Shown here one piece after another: positions 57,592-64,000 of a stretch of 64,000 bases of DNA. A model generated the notes under the pieces. It ran no database searches, had not been told where the DNA came from, and saw nothing but the letters and a program-made list of their open reading frames with translations. The DNA is from an uncultured Chthoniobacteraceae bacterium (GTDB lineage: Bacteria > Verrucomicrobiota > Verrucomicrobiia > Chthoniobacterales > DYNR01): positions 62,433 through 126,432 of the forward strand of contig CAZQRL010000005.1 of NCBI GenBank assembly GCA_964595865.1, read 5' to 3'. The translations under genes were made by a program, and so were the position numbers. The stretch's first letter is position 1. Each line of letters begins with the position of its first letter.

Positions 57592-58935
57592 ATGGTCTCT
57601 GGCAAATTGCAGGAGGGCCATTCGGAGTGGGAAGAAATCGGGCGGGCACTGGGAGCGGTGCTAATCGGTGGAGTGGGGATCGGTCTTCTGGGAGCGGCCT
57701 TTCGGTTGAGCTTGGACTGGGTTGGCACCTGCTATGTGGCTTTGGTAGAGGCGGGGCAAAATGGGTCCTCGCTCGCTTGGTTTTGGCCGATTTTGCTTGG
57801 TGCGGCAGGCGCAGGCTTGGCACGATTTTTCACCCGGGCCCAACCCTTGGCGGCTGGTTCGGGAGTGCAGCATGTCGAAGCTCTGATGCGGAATGAGGCC
57901 CCGCCGGCTTCGTTTTGGGTGCTACCCATAAAATTTGTCGGCGGGATCCTGGCGATTGGGGGAGGATTGGCGTTGGGGCGGGAAGGTCCAACGATTCAGA
58001 TGGGCTCTATTCTGGGGACTTCTTTGGCGCGCGGGTTTCGATCTTCGCCGACGGCGGTCCAAGAAGTGCAGGCAGCTTTGGGAGGGGCCGGGTTGGCCGT
58101 AGCTTTTAATGCGCCGGCTGGGGGTGCCCTTTTCGTGTTTGAGGAGGTGGCGCGATCCTTCCGGGTGCGGTTGATGATCCTCACCCTCCTCGCGGTGGCC
58201 GTGGGTGTGAGCACCTCCCGGCTCATTCTGGGAGACCAACCGGATTTTGCGGTTGAGAGATTGGCGGACCCAAGTGCCCCCAGCCTGGCCATTTTTTCCT
58301 TGTTGGGTTTTCTGCTCGGTCTGCTGGGGGTGTCCTATAACCGCTTGCTCATCGCCTGCCTGGAGGGCCTGGAGCGATTGCAAAGACTCCCGGTGGAATT
58401 GCGCGCCGCTCTGGTGGGAGCATTAGTCGGAGTGCTTGGGTGGTTTGCTCCGACTTGGGTTGGAGGTGGGGAGCGCCTCACGCAGGCCATCCTCTTGGGA
58501 GGGCTGCCGCCTTTGACTTTGTTGGCCATCCTCTTGTTGCGCTGGTTTCTGGGTCCGCTTAGCTATGCTGCTGGGACTCCCGGGGGGATTTTCTCGCCGC
58601 TGCTTCTGTTGGGAGCGGTGCTGGGTGCCCTTGCTGCGTGGGGCCTCAACTTCCTTCTTGGGCCCGAGTGGGCGGTTTCGCCAGTGGCGCTGGCCATCGT
58701 CGGAATGGCAGCCTTCTTTACCGGGGTAGTGCGCGCTCCTTTAACCGGGGTGGTTTTGATTGCGGAAATGACCGCCAGTCCTGATTTGCTGGTGCCTTCC
58801 TTGCTAGCCTGTGGTGCGGCAATGTTGGCCGCGACTTGGGTCCGGGGCGAGCCGATCTATGATACCTTGCGTCGTCGCATGACGGCCCGATGGGCCGATC
58901 GTTCTTTGGGGAGTGCGGGAGCCCAAGAGAGTTGA
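57592..58935 (+). CDS. clcA: ClC-family H+/Cl- antiporter
   Basis: GSGVQ, GREGPT (gating Glu), FVFEE, GGIFSP, VRAPLTG, PIY. Confidence 0.92.
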   Translation: MVSGKLQEGHSEWEEIGRALGAVLIGGVGIGLLGAAFRLSLDWVGTCYVALVEAGQNGSSLAWFWPILLGAAGAGLARFFTRAQPLAAGSGVQHVEALMRNEAPPASFWVLPIKFVGGILAIGGGLALGREGPTIQMGSILGTSLARGFRSSPTAVQEVQAALGGAGLAVAFNAPAGGALFVFEEVARSFRVRLMILTLLAVAVGVSTSRLILGDQPDFAVERLADPSAPSLAIFSLLGFLLGLLGVSYNRLLIACLEGLERLQRLPVELRAALVGALVGVLGWFAPTWVGGGERLTQAILLGGLPPLTLLAILLLRWFLGPLSYAAGTPGGIFSPLLLLGAVLGALAAWGLNFLLGPEWAVSPVALAIVGMAAFFTGVVRAPLTGVVLIAEMTASPDLLVPSLLACGAAMLAATWVRGEPIYDTLRRRMTARWADRSLGSAGAQES

Positions 58936-58983
58936 GATGGCAAAACCACTGAGGAGGCAACGCAAAGGGAAGTCCCAGTCGGC

Positions 58984-59014
58984 CTTGGGATGGAGAAATT
59001 TCCTCCATCCCGAG
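58984..59014 (+). terminator. Hairpin between clcA and secY (no U-tract)
   Basis: CTTGGGATGGAG / CTCCATCCCGAG 12-bp stem (one G-U), 7-nt loop. Confidence 0.5.
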
Positions 59015-59015
59015 C

Positions 59016-59044
59016 TTGCCAGTCAGCAGGCGCTTGGCTAGCGT
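59016..59044 (+). promoter_or_regulatory. Putative secY promoter
   Basis: TTGCCA-N17-TAGCGT, 27 nt before the ATG. Confidence 0.5.
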
Positions 59045-59071
59045 CCTCCCTCCTTTGGATATCCATTTTTC

Positions 59072-60574
59072 ATGATCTCTGCCTTCACGGACATTTTCAA
59101 AATCCCCGAGCTGCGCCAGCGGGTGCTATTCACCCTGGCCATGTTAGTCATTATTCGCATCGGGGCAGCGATTGCAACGCCTGGGGTCAACGCTGAAGTC
59201 TTGCGGCAGTGGTTTCTCAGCGCGGCTGAGTCCACGCAGGGCGGGGTGGCGGCGCTTTTTAACCTCTTCAGCGGAGGGGCTTTGGAAAACTGCGCCATTT
59301 TCTCGCTGGGCATCATGCCGTTCATTAGCGCCTCAATTATGATGCAACTGCTCACCGCAGTGATTCCGCAGTTGGGCAAGCTGCAGCGTGAGGACGGGGG
59401 GCGGCAGAAAATCATGCAATACACGCGCTATCTCACGCTCGTGCTTTGCATTTTCCAAGGTTACTTGCTCGCGCTTTCCTTTGAGAATCCGCAGGCCAAC
59501 CCATTTCTTCCGGGAATCATGGATACCATTTCCCGCATGGGCGTGCCTTTGGTGGCTGATCCCGGCTTGGGATTCCGTTTGCTCACGGTCATTACCATGT
59601 CGGCCGGGACGATGTTCCTCGTCTGGCTGGGGGATCAGATTACCGAACGGGGTATTGGCAACGGAGTTTCCTTGATCATCACGGTGGGGATTCTGGCTCA
59701 ATTGCCGGCGGGCTTGATCCAAGCCTGGCGGACATTTGTTCCCAGCGAAGCCAGCCCGACGGCGAATGTGAGTCCGGTGGTCTTGGTTCTCATGGTGGCT
59801 TTTCTGTTGATCGTCATTGCGGCGGTGATTGCGGTGACGCAAGCCCAACGCAAAGTCAGCGTGCAGTATGCCAAGCGGGTCGTGGGGCGCAAAGTTTATG
59901 GAGGGCAGACCCAATACATGCCGCTCAAGGTGAATTATGCTGGGGTGATGCCGATCATTTTTGCCCAAGCGATTTTGCTCTTTCCTTCGACGATCATCAA
60001 CATGGCTTTCCCTGGACAGCGTTGGGCGGCGGAGTTTTCCAACCTCCTCGCCACGGGCTGGCTGCATTATGTGCTCTTTGGGGCGATGATTTTCTTCTTC
60101 AGTTACTTCTGGGTGGCCACGCAATTCCAGCCCGTGCAGATTGCGGATGACCTTAAGAAATACGGCGGGTTCATCCCTGGGGTGCGGCCCGGCAAGCCCA
60201 CGGCCGACTTTTTGGATTATACGATGACTCGCCTGACCTTCGCTGGGGCCATCTTCCTGACGGTTATTGCCGTTCTGCCGATGATGCTCACCCAATGGAT
60301 GCAGGTTCCCTACATGACTTCGCAATTTTTCGGTGGCACAGGTTTGTTAATTATCGTGGGTGTGACACTGGATACCATGCGGCAGGTGGAAACCCACCTT
60401 CTGCAGCGGCATTACGACGGGTTCCTGCGCAAGGGAAGAATCCGTGGGGCGCGCGATCGGGTGCGCACCAGCACGGGTGACACCGTGGATAGCGGAACCC
60501 TGATTTACCTCTGGGTGATTCTTTCCGCCATTGCCTTGGCTGGGGTGACGATTGCGATTTACCGCGGGATTTAA
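59072..60574 (+). CDS. secY: Preprotein translocase subunit SecY (with C-terminal extension)
   Basis: FSLGIMPFISASI, ITERGIGNGVSL, PLKVNYAGVMPIIFA, FIPGVRPGKPT, GGTGLLIIVGV, HYDGFL. Confidence 0.97.
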   Translation: MISAFTDIFKIPELRQRVLFTLAMLVIIRIGAAIATPGVNAEVLRQWFLSAAESTQGGVAALFNLFSGGALENCAIFSLGIMPFISASIMMQLLTAVIPQLGKLQREDGGRQKIMQYTRYLTLVLCIFQGYLLALSFENPQANPFLPGIMDTISRMGVPLVADPGLGFRLLTVITMSAGTMFLVWLGDQITERGIGNGVSLIITVGILAQLPAGLIQAWRTFVPSEASPTANVSPVVLVLMVAFLLIVIAAVIAVTQAQRKVSVQYAKRVVGRKVYGGQTQYMPLKVNYAGVMPIIFAQAILLFPSTIINMAFPGQRWAAEFSNLLATGWLHYVLFGAMIFFFSYFWVATQFQPVQIADDLKKYGGFIPGVRPGKPTADFLDYTMTRLTFAGAIFLTVIAVLPMMLTQWMQVPYMTSQFFGGTGLLIIVGVTLDTMRQVETHLLQRHYDGFLRKGRIRGARDRVRTSTGDTVDSGTLIYLWVILSAIALAGVTIAIYRGI

Positions 60575-60576
60575 GA

Positions 60577-62805
60577 TCAGTTCGCGGCTGCGACGGTTGC
60601 GGCCAGTTTTTCCAGAATCGCCACCAGGGCTGCGCTTTGCAGAGGCTTGGTGAGGTATTCATCCATCCCGGCCTGGCTACATTGGCTGCTGGCGGCCTCG
60701 GTGACGTTCGCTGTCACGGCGACGATCAGGGTGCGGTTTAGGCCACGGAGTTTTTCCAACTGGCGAATACGGCGCGTAGCTTCCAAGCCATCCAGATGGG
60801 GCATCTGTAGATCCATAAGGATGCAGTGAAAGGACGCGTCCTCGCATGCCTTCACCGCAGCTAGTCCATCGCTGACGACTACCGGGGTGATGCCCAGCTT
60901 TTTGAGGTGGAGCAAAAGCAGCTTTTGGTTGATGGGGTTATCTTCCGCGACCAAAACCTTGAGATGGGCGAGATGAGGGGCCGCAGGGGCGGGGGCACTT
61001 TTCGGAGCCGGTTGCTTTTCTTTGAGCGGTGAGGGCAGGGCCATGACGGCAGGGCAGGGAATGGAGAAATGAAAACAGCTTCCCTGGTTGAGCTCGCTTT
61101 CGACCCAAAGTCTCCCGCCAAGAAGCGAAACCACCCTCCGACAAATAGCCAATCCCAGGCCCGTCCCTCCGTGCTGACGGCTGGAGCTCGCATCTACCTG
61201 GGTAAAAGGGTGAAAAATCGTTTCCAACATATCGGGTGGGATGCCGCACCCGGTATCCCGTACGGAAAAGTGCAGCTCGTTTTCCTTCTCACCCGGTGAA
61301 ACAACAGTCTCCACCTCACCCGTGCTGGTGAACTTGAGAGCGTTACTCAAGAGGTTGAGGAGGACTTGGCGCAGCCGCTGCCGATCGGTGAGGATGCTGG
61401 CGGGGCAGGCAGGATCTACCTGCAAGCTCAGGCGGATGCCTTTGCGGCGGGCGGTGGATTGTTGCAGCTTGGTCACTTCGTCAAGCAGTTGGCGTAAGAC
61501 CACTGGCTCGGTGCTCAGCTCCATGGCTCCGCTTTCAATTTTGCTGAAATCCAGAAGATCGTTGAGCAAGAGAAGCAGGGTCTCACCGCTGTTTTGCACG
61601 GTGTGAACGAACTCCTGCTGCTCGGGGGAAAGATGAGTTGACCGGAGCAGCTCCGTAAAGCCCAGGAGACCATTGAGCGGGGTGCGAATTTCGTGGCTCA
61701 TCACCGCCAAGAAGTCATTTTTGGCTTCGTTCGCTCTCTGGGCCGTGCGGGCGGCCTCCTCCGCCTTCTCGATTGCCGCTTGCAGTTCCCGATTGCTGGC
61801 CTGCAGCTCGGCTTGAGTTTGCAGCAGGTGCTGCTGCGATTTTTCCAAAGACTCCAGCGCTTTCTCGCGTTCTCGTTGATCCCGCAAGATTCGACGGAAG
61901 AAGGACCAGAATACCAAGGCCAGGAGCCCGAGAAATAAAACTGTCGCCCAAAAGATGATCCGCCAGCTCCGGGCCAAGGAGCTGAAGATGCGTTGCTCAT
62001 CAATCGAAACCAGGACGAGGATCGGGCGCTCTGCCAAGGTGAGAGGCGCATAGACCGTGATAATCCAAGGGCCGCTCTGGGTATCCACTCCCCGGTGGCT
62101 GACCTTGCCCTCGTATTGTTCCCGGAGATCCTCCGCCAGCAGTTGTTGCGTCGCAACCGAGAAAAAATCGTCTTTTTCTTTGCGGCTGCCGACGATTTGC
62201 AGCTCGCCTTGATTTCGCAGGAGGGCATGGATGGTGTGGCGGGGATGGCTGGCTTGAAACCGCTGCAGGTGGCTCTGGAGAAAACCCGGGAGGTTGAGCT
62301 CGGCTCGCACTTCGCAAAGCAGGTGTCCGTGCAAATCCAACACAGAGCCGCGCAGAGCATTGGAAGAATCCCGCACTCTTGCCCGAGCTTCCTCCCAAGT
62401 CGGCTGGGAAATGGAGAAATACCCGGCCTTTTCAAAGGTCAATTCCCGCGCCTGGCCTGCTGGAGAGACGATGAGGAGATTGCGCACCAAGGGTTGATTG
62501 AGGGCCAGAAAACGCCGCACCGGGAGGATAATCGCCGGATCGGATTCGTGTCCCTGTAGAAGCTGGGGGTAATTGAGACTGGTCAGGGAAAAGATAAACT
62601 CTTCCCGGAAGTCTTGAAAATCTTCCCGAATGGAACGGACTTGGCCGAGGGCCAGCTGCCGCGCTTCGTTGATAGCCTGCTCGCGTTGGCCTTGGAGCAG
62701 TTGTTGGTTGAGTGACCAGACCGCAATGACCACTCCCAAAAAAACCAGCAGGACCAGGAGACCTGGGACTTTCAAGTGCGACCAGGTGGCAGAACGTGCA
62801 GGCAT
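60577..62805 (-). CDS. Hybrid sensor histidine kinase (TM-sensor-TM-HisKA-HATPase-REC)
   Basis: FLAVMSHEIRTPLN, NLLSNALKFT, DTGCGI, GGTGLGL, AEDNPINQ, ILMDLQMP, YLTKP. Confidence 0.93.
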   Translation of the reverse strand: MPARSATWSHLKVPGLLVLLVFLGVVIAVWSLNQQLLQGQREQAINEARQLALGQVRSIREDFQDFREEFIFSLTSLNYPQLLQGHESDPAIILPVRRFLALNQPLVRNLLIVSPAGQARELTFEKAGYFSISQPTWEEARARVRDSSNALRGSVLDLHGHLLCEVRAELNLPGFLQSHLQRFQASHPRHTIHALLRNQGELQIVGSRKEKDDFFSVATQQLLAEDLREQYEGKVSHRGVDTQSGPWIITVYAPLTLAERPILVLVSIDEQRIFSSLARSWRIIFWATVLFLGLLALVFWSFFRRILRDQREREKALESLEKSQQHLLQTQAELQASNRELQAAIEKAEEAARTAQRANEAKNDFLAVMSHEIRTPLNGLLGFTELLRSTHLSPEQQEFVHTVQNSGETLLLLLNDLLDFSKIESGAMELSTEPVVLRQLLDEVTKLQQSTARRKGIRLSLQVDPACPASILTDRQRLRQVLLNLLSNALKFTSTGEVETVVSPGEKENELHFSVRDTGCGIPPDMLETIFHPFTQVDASSSRQHGGTGLGLAICRRVVSLLGGRLWVESELNQGSCFHFSIPCPAVMALPSPLKEKQPAPKSAPAPAAPHLAHLKVLVAEDNPINQKLLLLHLKKLGITPVVVSDGLAAVKACEDASFHCILMDLQMPHLDGLEATRRIRQLEKLRGLNRTLIVAVTANVTEAASSQCSQAGMDEYLTKPLQSAALVAILEKLAATVAAAN

Positions 62806-62820
62806 GCGCCGGGGCAAAAT

Positions 62821-63831
62821 TTAGGCTGCGGGAGTGAACTGGAGCACCCACCAATTCGTTTCCGGCACCGGGGCTGCATCCATGGCAAATCGCCCCTCCA
62901 GGAACTCCAACTCGAATTGCTGTGGGGTTTTGCCTTGCATGAGCTGCCTGAGCGTCTGGCGCAGCTCGCGGTTTCTGCTTTGCAACAGGTTGTAATCCTC
63001 GGGCCGGAAGGTGTCTTCTTTCACAGTTTCGAGGTATTTGTGGCTTTGCAGTGGCGGGAGGCCGAGGAGTTTGATCGCTGGCTCGGTAGCCATCACTACT
63101 GTTCCCGAGGCACTCATAACGACGACAGGAGTATCTTCAAGGTGGCTGAAGTAACGCTGCAGCAGGACATCCAAAGTTACGTCCAAGCCTGGCACGCCGA
63201 CGAGATTGTCTTGGTAATAAACCGGGGCGATCGCGCTTACCATCCAGCCACGGCCAGCGGGGTCAATGTAGGGCTCGTTGACCCAGACCCCACGTCGCTC
63301 GGGGTTGTGATTGGCGTCAGCCAGGAAGTAAAAGTTGAAACTTGGGATGTCCATTTTTGGGGGGTATTGGGCGATGGCATCGAACCAAGGGTAGATACGG
63401 TTGAGGCTGTGTTTGTCGTTGTAATAGCTTTGCACGACCTCCGGATGCCGCGCATGGATTTCCGGGAGGATTTCATCTAGAGGCTCCGTGAGGTAAGCGA
63501 CTTCCTTGACCTCCTCCGTGATCGGCACCACGCCAGAGATCCAGAGAGCCGTTTTCCCATCGTTAGTGAATTTGTAGAAAGCTCCGTTGTCAGACAGGCG
63601 GTAGTCTTCCTTACAAGCCTGGGCAACCAGGGCCTCTCGCTGAGCATAGAGCTCAGCAATTTTTGCCGCCAAGGATTCGACTTCCTCCCGCACATTTCGC
63701 AAATCCATGTCGAGCTCGGCCGCCAAAGAGGAAGCCAGCTGGCGGTTCGGTCGAGGGGAGGGTTTTTGGCAGGCCAGGGGAACGAAGGCGATCCCACCGA
63801 GTAAGAGCCAGGTGAAAACGTTGCGGAACAC
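62821..63831 (-). CDS. Cache-domain lipoprotein
   Basis: Lipobox VPLAC; FYFLAD..HNPER..VW.EPYIDPAGRGWMVSAIAPVY...GVPGLD Cache motif; no second TM. Confidence 0.78.
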   Translation of the reverse strand: MFRNVFTWLLLGGIAFVPLACQKPSPRPNRQLASSLAAELDMDLRNVREEVESLAAKIAELYAQREALVAQACKEDYRLSDNGAFYKFTNDGKTALWISGVVPITEEVKEVAYLTEPLDEILPEIHARHPEVVQSYYNDKHSLNRIYPWFDAIAQYPPKMDIPSFNFYFLADANHNPERRGVWVNEPYIDPAGRGWMVSAIAPVYYQDNLVGVPGLDVTLDVLLQRYFSHLEDTPVVVMSASGTVVMATEPAIKLLGLPPLQSHKYLETVKEDTFRPEDYNLLQSRNRELRQTLRQLMQGKTPQQFELEFLEGRFAMDAAPVPETNWWVLQFTPAA

Positions 63832-64000
63832 ACGAAACGCTTAACCTGCCCAACCTCGAAGTTCAAGCTGCCTGGTCGGGGAAGTTGGTGGTGGTTGCTG
63901 TTTCCCTGCTCGCCTAGTCGGCGTATTTTCTCTAACTTATTGCTTTCGTTGTCTTCATGCTTTCGCAAAATTTGGTCTTGGCAAACTTTCGCCGTCTGCA

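Noticed and set aside
1-64000. CRISPR array, rRNA, intact integrase or prophage, duplicated tRNA 3' ends (attR)
   Set aside because: No regularly spaced repeats, rRNA-like tracts, integrase motifs or second copies of the tRNA ends were seen by eye

Overview
A GC-rich (~60%, estimated by eye) bacterial chromosome segment. By inference it is Verrucomicrobiota-like: it has PEP-CTERM-type tails, a prepilin/H-X9-DG-type gene, a secretin-like motif typical of that phylum and few Shine-Dalgarno sites. Most of it is housekeeping and metabolic: purA end, uppS, yggS, prfC, recR, radC, pyk, fumC, argF, purN, uvrD/pcrA, cobB, rpoA-rplQ, folB, aroF, pfkA, gadB-clcA and secY. It also carries a PhnCDE-type ABC transporter, two PEP-CTERM proteases, two histidine kinases and three tRNAs (Leu-CAA, Arg-ACG, Gln-TTG). 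Three small decayed accessory patches are missed by the ORF track: (1) a broken ClpX/HslU-like AAA ATPase between tRNA-Leu and tRNA-Arg, then an IHF-consensus site and an IS3 orfA relic; (2) a LacI / glycoside-hydrolase fragment / prepilin H-X9-DG pseudogene patch after tRNA-Gln; (3) an internally deleted DUF4338-ISAs1 element just upstream of the rpoA promoter. I found no CRISPR array, rRNA or intact mobile element. The best novelty candidates are a stand-alone exported mini-protein made of secretin gate-region motifs coupled to a CobW GTPase, a SecY with an extra C-terminal TM helix, a catalytically dead class III cyclase next to a ClpX-like ATPase with a duplicated C-domain, a HAD phosphatase coupled to folB, a gadB-clcA acid-resistance module, and an NtrC-type activator with Glu at the phospho-site. 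All family assignments come from motif recognition, not database searches.
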